A DNA stretch of 64,000 nt, from NCBI GenBank assembly GCA_973895155.1, contig OZ316899.1:11808734-11872733 (forward strand), read 5' to 3'. Below are positions 35,535 to 47,676 of the stretch, piece after piece. Position 1 is the stretch's first letter. The number at the start of each line of letters is the position of its first letter. This stretch comes from Marsupella aquatica. Its lineage: Eukaryota > Plantae > Marchantiophyta. The notes below the pieces were generated by a model. It worked only from the letters and a program-made list of their open reading frames with translations, ran no database searches and had not been told where the DNA came from. The position numbers and the translations under genes are program-made.

Positions 35535-38500
35535 CTAACTAGCTTGTGGAGGGTCGGGGATGTCGTTGTCTTCCACTACAACGACATTGGGTCTCTCTTG
35601 GACTATAGACCGTGATCTAGGGATATAAGGCATGACAATGGACCAATGTGGGTCATCTGGATAGGGTAGGTAAAAGCACTGCTCAAGGTGACGTGGGAAG
35701 GCAAAGGGATCTGAGGACCTCCAATTGGAACTAATGACACTATTTGCAGATGTCTTCAAACGGGTAAATCCGCACGCATCATCTTCACATGTTCGATTGT
35801 TGCCTACAAGATTCATCTTGAACCATTTGCACTTAAATACCACCTCCTCCAAAGTAGTATGTGCATGGTACTTCACTGTCAGGATCTCATCAATCTTCCC
35901 ATAATGGGCCACGGTGGAGCGAATGGGGTTCATGTCCGACGTGCTACTCTGGGAATCCTGGGTGAACCAACCCATCACCCCACAATCTTGTGTAGCTGCT
36001 CTCTTCTCATCAAGTCGTTCCACACGGAAATGTCTCCCCTTTGACCACATTGCCGTCCGAGTCATGACTTTAAGCAGTGGACCATGAACCAAGGTACAAA
36101 GCTTATCAGTCACTTGTGGGTAATGTAATATACTATCTCCGGTACCCACCAAGGCATCCACTTCTAACAACTTTGATTTCATGTATGGGTGAAACTTGGG
36201 AAACAACCGTGGCCGTCGACTATTTTGCTTCTCCTCCTCATAAAATGTTGTCCACTCCCCTACAACCTCTGGTGAGTTATACGACATAATGTTGTAAGTT
36301 GCAAATGCTCTGCTGAGCCTAAGCCACGCTCTCCTGATGCCCCAGTGAGTCTATCATCCTCATAGTCTGCCTCTCGTGCTGCCTCATCTATCCATCCCCT
36401 AGGTGCCCTTGGATCTAGTGTGGCAACTATGTTTGTACAATAAAACATACTCTCTGCTCCAAGATGACGCTCTGCAATGCTACCTTCCACCCTAGTCCGA
36501 TTAGAGACATATGACTTCATCACCCCCATGTAACGCTCTACCCAATACATCCATCGACAATGTACCGGGCCTGCAATTGCTACCTCACGCACTAAATGTA
36601 TGAGGAAATGAACCTGACCATCAAAGAATGAGGGTGGAAGTGCCTTCTCCAACTTGCAAACAACCTCTACTCCAAATATCTCCATCGCAGCAATGTCATC
36701 CTCTGGTACCTCCTTCTGACATACCCATCTCAAAAACTTGCCCAATGACCAAAGAGCATCACGAAGTTCCTCACTACCCAATCCAATAATCGCAACTGGA
36801 ATGACATGTTCTAGTAACCGATGATAATCATGTGTTTTCAGGTACGATGGCCATTTTGGAGAATCATCCCCCCTAAATGCCTTACGAAGATTGGCACCAT
36901 AACCTGTGGGAAACCTCATTGACCCAATCCGTCTGCGAAACTCTATGCGCTCTGCCCTGGTCAAAACCCAAGGAGGATGGATGCTAGGGGGATCACCAGG
37001 GGGTCCAAAGATGGCCAAAAACCCAAAAGACCATGCATCCCCATCTCCTCACAACTTTCTCTCCAGTTGTGGTTCTTCTCCCCATATAGATGACGGATCA
37101 ATGATCTCCCCACATTTCCCTCAATGTGCATCGCATCCAACAAGTGATTAATGGGCATCTCTAACCAATATGGCAACTGTGACAATGCAGATAAACGGGT
37201 CATGCCACATCGGAGAAATTGTAATGGATCATCAGGGTCTTGAACTCTCTCCCATACCTCTCTCCAATATGTTGGATCCTTTCGCTGAGGTTGAGGACGA
37301 GTATCAGGTTGGCCCTCATCAGTGTCATACAAGAAATGATCACTCCTCCAAGGATGGTCTGCTGGAAGATATTTGGTATGACCAATGTAAACTATCTTAC
37401 GCAAAGTACTTGACTTGCGTCTTGCCACTCCCTCCAAATCCGGTCCGCATGAAGGGCAAGCTCGATAGCCTGATGTTTGCAATCCAGAGATATACCCAAA
37501 CCCTGTACCAAGCCCATATACAACCAGCCAATTATGAAATAAGGTTAATGCACACTAAATTTAAGGTAGTACATCAAGGAAATAAGCTAAGGTTTATCAG
37601 GTCATACCTGGTAGGTCATGCATGGTCCACATAAGGATGGCCTTGAGGGTAAATGCGCGAGGTACACCTCCTGTATTGCAACGTCCATCATAACAATCCA
37701 CTCCTCTCCACAGTTGCAAAAGCTCATCAATCAATGGTTGCAAGTAGATGTCAATCTTTTTTACTTGCTTAGGACCCGGGATGATCATGGAGAGCAGTAA
37801 ATGACCTTTCTTCATGGCCATCCATGGAGGGATATTGTAGTTAGTCAAAACTACTGGCCATACTGAATATGGTTTTGCTTTACCCGCCAATGCAAAAGGG
37901 CTGATACCATCAGCTGCCAAGCCAAGTCGAACATGTCGTGGTTCAGTGCTGAACTCCCCCCATCTGCCCTCAACAAATCGATTGGCAGGAGAGTCAACCA
38001 TATCTGCATGGCACTAGAGTTTGTAGCCATATCTAAACGATTCTTTGAGTGCCATACCATGTACTCAGCTAACTCTGCACAACGGTACTGATGTCGCAAT
38101 CGGGGATGAGAGGAAAGTATCGCATAACCTTTTGAGGCACCTTCCCTGTCAACATGTCATCACGGTAGCGTGGCTTCTCACACTTAGGACATGCAGTTGC
38201 ATTCTCATGCTCCCCCCTAAAAAGAATGCAATCATTCACACATGCATGTATCACTACATACTTGAGGCCAATGGACTTCAACACTTGTTTTGCCTCCTTC
38301 CAAGAGGCTGGCATGGTATTGCCTGGTGGCAAAATATGATCATGCAAGGTACGAAAAACATCATCCAAAAGTAGGTTGCTGGCCCCATGTCTTTGCTGCA
38401 CATTCAGCAACAACATTATTGCGGAGAGCCGAGATAAGGTGCTACCCTCAAATATGCGAGTACGAGCATGACGTTGAGCCTCCTCCCAATCCTTGTTCTG

Positions 38501-38773
38501 TCCCCCCCTAGAAGGTCCTGGATGAGTGGTGTTGTCATTAGTTGTACCCATATCCTCCATACCAATATCAACATCATCATCATAAAATTGGTCCATGAGC
38601 TCATCCATGGCCCTCTCCTCATCCAGATGTGCTTGAGTAGGATTATCACCCTCATGTTGTACATCATCCTCCTGCATCCCTCCATCATGCCCATGGTTGG
38701 CCACCATGGCCTCAACAATGTGTTGTCGCATAGCTCGTGATATGACCCCAATATCAGATTGTACATATCGATT
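35535..38773 (-). pseudogene. CACTA-C transposase body with several frameshifts
   Basis: IHACVNDCILF, CPKC..PRY, YFPLIP, RHVRLGLAADGISPF, WTMHDLPG, DAMHIEGNV, LKTHDYH, LPPSFFD, RWMYWVER, DPFAFP...CFY. Predicted phase-0 acceptor at 38774. Confidence 0.92.
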
Positions 38774-38901
38774 CTATCATACAACATCAATGCAATCTCA
38801 TTAACATTAATCTCATTACAATCATCAATATATATATATAAATCATCATGAATCTCATTAATTCAATGTAAGATTTACATGCATGTAAGTCCAACATACT
38901 A

Positions 38902-39845
38902 TCATGGACGGCAACGTAGGGACAATTTTGGGGCGTCCCACTCATACTCACACAATATCTCCTCACCGGCTCTAATAGTCCTAATGACTACTGTCATGAT
39001 ATGGTCATCCATATGTTTCACAAAATACGAATCTCTAGGAGGGCCAAAAATTTGGATCCACTCTACATTAGCCTCAAAATCTCTACCTCTACCCGTTGTA
39101 CTATTGATGTACCCTGCTAAATTACCATTCCGAATAGGGTCACCATCAATCATCCTACAATGCCACGGCCTAGTCAAAACCTCATCTGGTCGGAGTCCAT
39201 CCTCAAGGCGTACAACCCCCAGCTTGGGTGCTCACGCAACAAAGTCTTCCAACTCTTTGCATTATATACAGCCCCAATGTAAGGGAAAAGGTGCTCTCCG
39301 TCATATCCACGTCTCCATGGCTTTGGAGGGACCACAATGTCCTCCAAAGCATATAGACCATATCCTATATCAGCACCAATAGAGGATGCCTTCACTATCC
39401 AAGGCCGACCCCATATGTCAACTGGTTCATCAGTATGAATGAAATCTGGAAATTTGAAGAGACTAGGAGAAAAGTCCTTCCAAACATCAGCAGCCCTACC
39501 AGTGAGATAAGATAGTCCAAACCGGCCCTCAACACAAATATAATCTCCATTTCCGGGTGGTCGATCACTACGTAACGCCTCCTCCCGATTCTCTCCCTGC
39601 TCCACCGGTTCATATTGTCGACTACGTCTGCGAGACCGTGAACGTGTACATAGGACCCTAGTATCCATTTCCTTGGGTCGAGAGACCGGTGCATCCTCGT
39701 CTACATGCGCATGTGTGGGGATAGGAGCAGGGGGACTAAGAGGTGGATGGGCAAGGGCAGATGCAAGCAACTCACTAGCCCTTGCTAGAAACCCTTCCAA
39801 CCACATAGCATTATCAACCAGAGGAGGTGGGGGTCTACGAGGCAC
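38902..39845 (-). pseudogene. SET-domain coding exon with one -1 frameshift near 39192, inside the first intron of the CACTA-C transposase
   Basis: VKASSIGADIGYGLYALEDI...PYIGAVY...YAL...IDGDPIRNGNLAGYINS...ANVEW...VVIRTIRAGEEILCEY, corresponding to SET motifs I-IV. Confidence 0.8.
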
Positions 39846-39970
39846 CTATTTCAACAAACAATGATTTGACACAAATCAATACATGAATTGTTGTTTAGAT
39901 GTAAAGTAATTTAGCATTTGTGGACTAATTATTGGAATTTCATGGAATGAAGGATGGACGTATTTATTAC

Positions 39971-40204
39971 CTGGCTAGGCAAATACCCTGGTGTATCACC
40001 CTCGTGGCGACCATAGTTTTTGATGTGCTCACAAGTCTCCCAAGCATGTCGAACCACAAGTCCCTTACATCTCACACACCAACAAGGTATGGACCCTAGT
40101 GGCCAAGCACGAGGTTGGTCTGGAGGAGGGGGTGGAGGAACCTCCTCCTCAGACGAGCTCGTGTCTGAGTCTGAATCCGATGTGGAACTATCGGAAGCAA
40201 ACAT
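39971..40204 (-). CDS. First coding exon of CACTA-C: acidic/Pro tract plus transposase-associated Cys/His domain
   Basis: IPCWCVRCKG...TCEHIKNYGRH aligns with MRCPCTQCQG...VHLHLLRHERH at the N-terminus of the CACTA-B transposase; ends CAG|GTAATA (phase 0). Confidence 0.7.
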
Positions 40205-41132
40205 CTGCATATATATCATACAACCATGACAATATGTTGGATGAAAGAAAAAAACCAGCAAGACAAATATTTATGTCTAGAAAAACAATTGAATGAGAGA
40301 CATATATACAACACTTGCTACACCTCAATGATACCCGCGCTCTGCCGTGCCTACTAGGCCGTATTCTCTACACACAAAGTGTGGGGATATCCAAAATCTC
40401 TGCAAGGTGGACATTTTCATAATGAGCATGCATGATCTACAATTGCCGAAAACAAGCTCAAGCACATATGATAAAAACTTGCATGCCAAACCTGAAATAG
40501 CCTAAAGGATCAAGGAATAAATGGATGGGGCATCATACCTTTTGGATGCGCAGTCTCACACTGTGCATAGTGCATTGCAAAATAATCTACCTAGCTAACA
40601 CCCTACAAAAACCTAACCACCCCTTCAAAACCAAGGTACTGCACATCAAACCCAAAGACGAATATTAGCAAATTGAACATGGATAACCAAAGTATATCAT
40701 AAAAAAATCTGGATTCAGGTACAAACCCCAAAATTGCAAGAAGTTTGATATATCACATCCACGACACCATTGCCAACCCCCTGCGGTATGTGTCTACATG
40801 TATGGCCCTATAAAACCTGATTCAAACATACATGACGATTAAATGTTAATACAACCGGTCCTTCCCACATACACCTACATGACCCCTACATAAGCCCTAC
40901 TTAACCCCCTATCCGATAACATTACACGAGGGGTCCGATACCATTTCCAACGTATCACACTTCGTAAAAGCGAGGAATAACGAGCCGGAGGAGGGGTCCG
41001 ATGCAACACGCATCGGAAGGTCTGATTTGACATTCAATACTATATGCTACGGACGTTCCGAAGCAGAAACAATCAGACTTGATTCAAAATTTGAAATCCG
41101 TAAATCCCGATGCGCTTGCGAAGGCGCACACT

Positions 41133-43711
41133 ATGGGGCTTCCTTCGCACATCAGTCATTTCAGAAAATTTTCTAAGGCCAAGAGGGGAGGAGCTCGGGA
41201 AGGAGGAGAGATGGTGGGGGAAGGAGGATCGGGTGATGGGGGAGACGGGGCTGGGCCATCCCGGCCATATGAGGAGATAATGAGGGAGTTGTTTGTGGCC
41301 AAGGCAGGGCTTTCAGTGGAGGATGCAGCAAGAGTAGTCCCGATGCTTCAGATTTTGCTTGATGCCTCAAAAGGTGAGGCAGAGAAGGCTGCTGCAGCAG
41401 GCCTCGCAGCAGAGAAAGAGGCGAGGAAAAAGAGAAAGGAGGCGGAGAGGGCTAGGGCAAATGGTGAGGAGGCTCTCTCTCCTCGGAAAAGGGAGAAAAA
41501 GCTTCGAAGAGAAGCTAGGGAGGCAGAGAGGCTACAAGTTGAGGAGCAAAGGTGAAGGGAGGCTGAGAGGGCTCTGCAACCTGAGCTGGCTATCAATTCA
41601 GGTGGGGCTCCAATGCCTAGGAGCTACAATTTGTTCCGCAGCCAATTCTTGCAGGTTGTGAGGGCAAATTTTGGGCCACTAGACTACTGGGGTAAGAAAA
41701 CAGAGGAGGAGAGGACCAGGGTTCGGGAGCAGATCAAAGAAAGATTCAAGAACGGAGCCCACCTTGAAGACAGATTTCTAAACAGTCGAATTTCAGCCTC
41801 TGTTTCAGATGCAAGGAATCATGTGCGGGAGAAGATGAGGGATTACCTTACTGATTTGCCAATAGATGCAGAGGTGGTCAGGGAGCACCAGTGTCCAGAT
41901 GTGATTCCCCAGGATGCATGGACAGCTTGGCTTGAGGAGGAGCTCTCTGTTCGAGCCTGGCTTAAGAGACGACATTGGGACAACGAAATCAGGATTGCAG
42001 AAGAAAAGCGAGCTGCCGGGGAGGATATTGACATGGCCCCCCTCCAACTGAACCTTCGACAGTGGGCAGCTCAAGCAGCAAGACTTCAAAAACCTCCTGC
42101 AAACATCATAGCAGCATTGAAGCGAGTAGAAGAGAGGCCCATTGTGACTCACCGGATGGGGCAAGGCGGCTCCAATCGATTGAAGGCCGAGTTTGTAAGT
42201 GGCTCCTCCCTCCTCCCTCCTAGCTCCCTCCTCCCTTGCTCCTCTCCCTGACCACCTGACTTCTCTTGCGAAGAGTGAACATTTTGGTTGTCCCGTTTTG
42301 CTTTATCACGTTCCGATCCCCCTTGTTTTGCTCTCGGGACTGTTAAGTCCGATGTTTGTTCGTTGTAACCCGCATCAGAACCCGCATCGGACATAGTAAC
42401 ATTCAAATTTAGCGGATGAGGGGTCCGATAGCAGTCCAATAGAATCCATATCGGATGCTGCATCGGAACGAGTATATTTCGAGTGAATTTGGGTTTATTT
42501 TGTTTAAAACGGGTAGGGTTTAGGGTTTTTTTGATTGCATAGGATAGGGATGCTTGACTTGCATGAAATTCTGGAATGGACCCCTTCTTGAGTTCACTGG
42601 TGATTTTTTTAGGGTTTAGAGTATTTGCTAGGGGTTAAGTAAGTTATAAAAGTTATAGAAGGCATAGAGTTTTGAGAGGGAGTGGATTTTATGGTTGAAA
42701 CTAAATTTATTGTGTTGAAGTGGTCTTTTAATTTTGAAATGTCAGGAGAGGGAGTATGGTCGTCCCATTGATCCAAAAGAGAGGGAACTAGCAGCAAGGG
42801 ATGGACCCCGTGCTCTAAAGCGACAAATTGAGGATGAGCTGGGAGAGGTAATTGTTCCCTCCCCCTACCTAAGTTGGGACAATGTTTTGCTTAGCTAGAG
42901 CACTGCTACATTTGTAGAGTTTTGACCAAGTTCCTTACTTTATATAATTAATTGTAATGTGCAGGAGGAGGAGGAGGGGTCTGGGGAGTCAGATGATGAG
43001 GACTCAACATTTGAGGCAGGGTTGCAGAGGGTGCCTAGAGCTACCGCGACTATTCCTAGAGTTTCTCGGGCTGTTCCTATAGTTGCCCAGACTGTTCCTA
43101 GAGTTGCCCCTACTGCCCAGATACCTCATGTTACCCTCACATTGGAAGGGAGGGGAGGTGGGTCACATGCTGTTGATGGTGTGAGCTCTCATCAGTCACG
43201 GGGAGCATCGCGGGCTGCAAGGCCGGGGCCTTCAGGGGGTAGTAGAGGTGGTGCAAGCCCACACCATCGCTCAGGAGTATGCTCTGCACCTAACTCCCCT
43301 CGTCGAGGAGTATCTGGTGCACCTAGCCCCCCTCGTCGAGGAGTATCTGCTGCACCTAGCCCCCTTGTCGAGGCAGTGGTGACTTGGACGATGGTGGCTC
43401 TAGGGGTCTAGCGCCATCTCGTGAGTCAGGTGGTAGTACAGCACGGCATGGGCCACATGCATCATCCGCAGCCGTAGCCTCTCATCACTCTAGTAGGTCT
43501 GCCGGGGGGGCGAGGCCTCCTTTCACTCAGCTGTGTCAGGGGTTGGTGGGACTTCTACCGTGCCTAGCGGTGCATCTAGTGGGTCAGGGGGTAGGACAGG
43601 ATTAGACCCACCATCTGGTCAACAGGTGGCTCCACCGGTTGTGGATCCCGCACCTGTTCCCCAGCTTCGCTCTCGCCACAAGAAGAAGAAGGGACGGAAC
43701 ACACCTTTTTA
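41133..43711 (+). pseudogene. CACTA-C TnpA-like (Ptta/En/Spm-type) multi-exon gene, divergent from the transposase; 3' extent uncertain
   Basis: Basic/coiled-coil N-terminus, helical domain ending HRMGQGGSNRLKAEF|GTAAG (same motif and intron position as GRGGHAPVVAKL|GT and GRGSYAPVKEQL|GT in A and B), low-complexity SPxRRG C-terminus; stops and frameshifts. Confidence 0.55.
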
Positions 43712-46700
43712 GAGGTTAGTGCCGTGTAGGTAGGTCTGGTAGCTTTGATTAGATCTTAGCAGGTGCCATGGAGTGTAGTCTCTACTCAGTGCTCCATTTA
43801 GGTGTTCCCATGGAGCAAACAGTCGCCGAGATGGGTCTACTAGGTAGGCCCATTCCATTTTGTACATATCGGGGTCATCCCCTTTTTTAATATGAGATTT
43901 TGACCACATGTTTTGAGTCTCCTTTGGACCCTAATATATTGGTTGATGTTCTCAAACCCAAAATAACCACCCATGAAACCCTAGCTATTGTAACAAATTA
44001 AGCCATCCGTTATGATGTCCGTTTGCACCTTCATCTGTCCTTCCGTTTCAATCCCCTTCGCAGCATCCGATCCTTTCCGCATCGGACCCCTCCAACAAAA
44101 CCAAAACATCAAAACAATGTGTCCGATGGCAACGTCATTGGATTTTCCAAACCTCATTACATCGCACTGTCCGATACCAAATCTAACGCAACATCCGATA
44201 ATTCTCCAAAGGCAAACTCCGATACTAAACGTATCGTAAACTCCGATACTACACGCATCGCAATGTACATAGCAAAAACTATGGAACTATCCCATACCAT
44301 TACTATCGGACAATGGTTGTTTTGAGAGAAGGTCTATTTGTTGGTGTCCGATACGTATTGGATCGGATGTGCAGGTTTGTGAATGGGTTGGAATTGGAAG
44401 TCCGTCGGCATCATCAACGGAAAGTCCAAAGTAAGTCTGATGGTTGATTTCCGATGAGGATTGGATGGGATATTGCAAAGCGGGTTACATTGGATAGTTG
44501 ATTTTTCCAAAATGAAGTTTCCGAAGGGATCCGACGGAATAGCTATCGGATAATGGCCCTAAAATGTACTAGTGGTCACGTTGGAGATTCCAACCACTGG
44601 AAGTACATAGATGAGAAGTGGCCGGACTTTGCAGCAGAGAGCAGAAATGTGAGGTTTGGTCTAAGCCTTGACGGTGCTAATCCTTTTGGAGACAAGAACA
44701 ACGTGTATTCTTGCTGGCCAGTGACTTTGATAAATTATAATCTCCCGCCTTGGATATCCACCAAGCGTTTTTTTGTGATCTTGTGTCTTATGATTCCCGG
44801 ACCAAACTCTGCTATAAGTGCAAACATAGATGTTTGGTTGGCCCGTGCGGTGGAGGAATGGGTTACTCTATGGACACATGGAGTTATGACAATTGATGCA
44901 CTTTGTGGACCTGGTAGACCGAGGACATTCAACCTACGTGCAATGTGTGTTAATTCAATAGCAGACTACCCTGGACATAGCATGATATATGGGCAGGTAG
45001 GGAAGGGATATCTGGGTTGCACACGATGTGGCCCAGATGTTACATCTGAACGGTCTGTTTCCTTGGGCAGTATCAAATTCCAGGGCCACAGGCAATATCT
45101 TCCTGCCGACCACCCTTTCAGGCACAGGCAATCCCACATAGCCTGCTTCAACAACCAGAGGGAGCTTCGAGAGTCTCATGTGTTGGTTAGTAGAGACCAA
45201 CTTCTGCAGTGGGGACTGAACAAGGTGTCTTATGATGAATATGGTGCTTGTAGAGACGTGCCAGACGACCCAACAAAGACTCATGGCATCAAAAGGCAGA
45301 CAATCATGGACACATCATTGGAGTATTGGAAGGTAACATTTGCATATTCACTTGTACTCAGTGAACCTCTTCAGATCCTATGCACAACAGTTTTTAGTTC
45401 TGACTTGTGTCTGAACCTAATTGTGGCAATCATGCGTATTTCATGGGTGCAGGATTTTGAGCCAAGCAAACATAACATTGATGTAATGCACATTGAGAAG
45501 AATGTATGCAAAAGTCTTTTGAAGTTTCTGTCGGGGGACAACGATACTACAGCAGTACGAAAGGACCTTCAGGAGAAGGGCATTCGTCCTCAACTTTGGC
45601 TGCAAGAATCCCAAAATAGGCCGGGTGTGGTTTTCAAGTACCAAGCTCCATATGTTTGCACCCAAAACGAGTGGAACACAATTTTGTCTAGGCTGAGTTC
45701 GTTCAGAGTACCCTCTGGGTACGCTGGAGCCTTTGCAAAGCATATAAGGAAGAAGAAGTTGGGAAGCATGAAAACTCATGACTTCCATGTTATGATGCAA
45801 GACATTCTACCAGTATGTCTGAGGGGATTGATGCAAAAACCAGTTCGCAATGTCATTTTGAGACTGTGTCAGATCTTTCGTCGTATTTGTGTGAAGGTGT
45901 GGGACCCTACAACATTTCCTCAGTTAAAGGCAGATACTGTGCGTGTGCTTTGTGACTTGGAGATTTATTTCCCGCCAGCATTTTTTGATGTCATGACTCA
46001 TTTGATCATCCATGCGGTTGAAGATCTGGGCCACTACGGCCCAGTGAGTACAAGGTGGATGTATCCGATGGAACGGTACATGAAGTTGCTAAAAGGCCAT
46101 GTACGTACTTATTACAGGCCTGAAGCAAGCATGGCTCTCGGTTACATTCAAGAAGAGACCTTGGGGTTCCTTACAGAGTACATGGCTGGTGTAGACAGTG
46201 TTAGGAGCAGGGTGTGGGATGCTGAGGAAGAAGAGGGGGTGGCTGGAGAGGTTCTTCAAGGCGCTTTTACTTCCTTGCAATTGTTTGCAGAAGTTCGTGA
46301 TGCAGCACACTTATATGTCTTACACAATACAGTCATGATGCAACCTTGGTGGCACTGAGTACTCATGTTTTCGCACCCTCCCTGCATTCCTTCTTTATTC
46401 ATATCCATTTTGGTAGGATATGTACATTGTATTGAGAAATTGTTCTCATTGTCATCATGCAGGGAATACAATGTGCAGAAGGCCGCCCAATTAGGGTTAA
46501 ATCACCAGGCATTCCCTACTTTTCCTGAGTGGACCAGGACAACAATTCAAGAGCATAGCAGGCAAAACCCAAACATGGATAGAGATGTTCTCCTCTTGTC
46601 TGTGCCTCCCAGACGTATTGTACAGCGGTATAAACGGATGAAAGCATATGGGAATCAGTACCGTGTGCATGATGATGAGGACAAGCATTTAGTGACATAT

Positions 46701-47676
46701 AATTTGGGGGTAATATCTGTGTTTGAGCATATAGATGCTCAGAGCAACAAGGGCTGGATGGAGATTGGATATGTTGGGGAGTTGGCAGACATCTGGGCAC
46801 TGAATTATGGGAACACATCACAACAAATCATCGAAGGTTCATGGGTGAAGCCAGATTGGCATGGGCCAAGAGCGACCATGAAACGGGATATGGATGGCTT
46901 TCTAATGGTCAATTTTAACCAAAGACTGGCATAATGGATGGAGCCTTTTGTGTTCCCAAGTCAAGTTGAGCAAGTATTTTTTTTAGATGTGGAGGAGTCT
47001 CGTGGTTGGCGTGTAGTCTGCCATAGCTCACCTAGAGTTCGAAGGATGGAGGGTACTAAAATAGAGTTCAGTTTGGATGCACATGGGGCCTTTGAACAGC
47101 CGGCAGTAGACGTTGTACATCGGGGCCAGGGGACCAAGGAGTACACCCCCTTGACAGTGAGACAGACTTATGAGGGAGAGGTTGAAGCTGACATGGACGA
47201 AGATGATGAGTAGTTGGATTTGTTTTGTTGTGAGTAGGTGACTCTTTGAAGTGCAATGAGTAGCAAGTATGAGCAATAAATGGATGACTTGTTTGTGCAA
47301 CCGCAGTAACTTGGTGAGTAGGATGCCAGACAAAAATGGCATGTGTGAGTATGAGAAGCAGGCTGTGAAACACCGAGCATGGGTTCGCCAATGTGCCGCA
47401 GCCCTGTTGGGTGATGTGCAAGAGGCTATTTCGGATATGTAAGGGACTGTGCATAGTATGAGCTGTATGCGTATCTCGTTGTGTGCGTCTGTTCATTGTG
47501 TAGGTTTTGTAATGGACTACTACATACATAACCTATGTCGAATTTCATGTGGGTGTTGCAGTAACAAAAGTATCCCAACACTGTCAAAGCGGAGTCAGTG
47601 TAGACGGAAGACCTTCTGTAATCCTGACAGACCTAGGCGACGCAGTGAGAGGTTGACTTCAAAGACTCCTATTTCA

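Larger units (their letters stand above)
34785..44574. mobile_element. CACTA-C: complete 9790-bp CACTA element nested in the CACTA-A transposase
   Basis: TIRs CACTAGTACATTTT / AAAATGTACTAGTG; perfect TSD GTC (34782-34784, 44575-44577); dense TCCGAT/ATCGGA subterminal motifs at both ends. Confidence 0.97.
21223..47213 (+). pseudogene. CACTA-A transposase (TnpD/Tnp2 type) in three pieces: 21223-22196, 34689-34784, 44578-47213
   Basis: Excising the Gypsy and CACTA-C insertions restores RHFP-LIPRLQRLYRCP and DGLQR-HVGDSNHWK. Motifs RNVRFGLSLDGANPF, DVMHIEKNV, MKTHDFH, FPPAFFDVMTHL, RWMYPMER, EPFVFPSQVEQVFF. Intron 45333-45452. Stops, frameshifts and a CT in place of a GT donor near 46355. Confidence 0.92.

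Noticed and set aside
38902-39845. A continuous SET-transposase fusion protein (SETMAR-like)
   Set aside because: The SET frame has its own stop at 38904-38902 and I found no convincing donor joining it to the 38774 acceptor; mutually exclusive splicing fits better.
42511-42620. TTTAGGG telomere-like motifs
   Set aside because: Only one or two isolated units; not an interstitial telomeric array.
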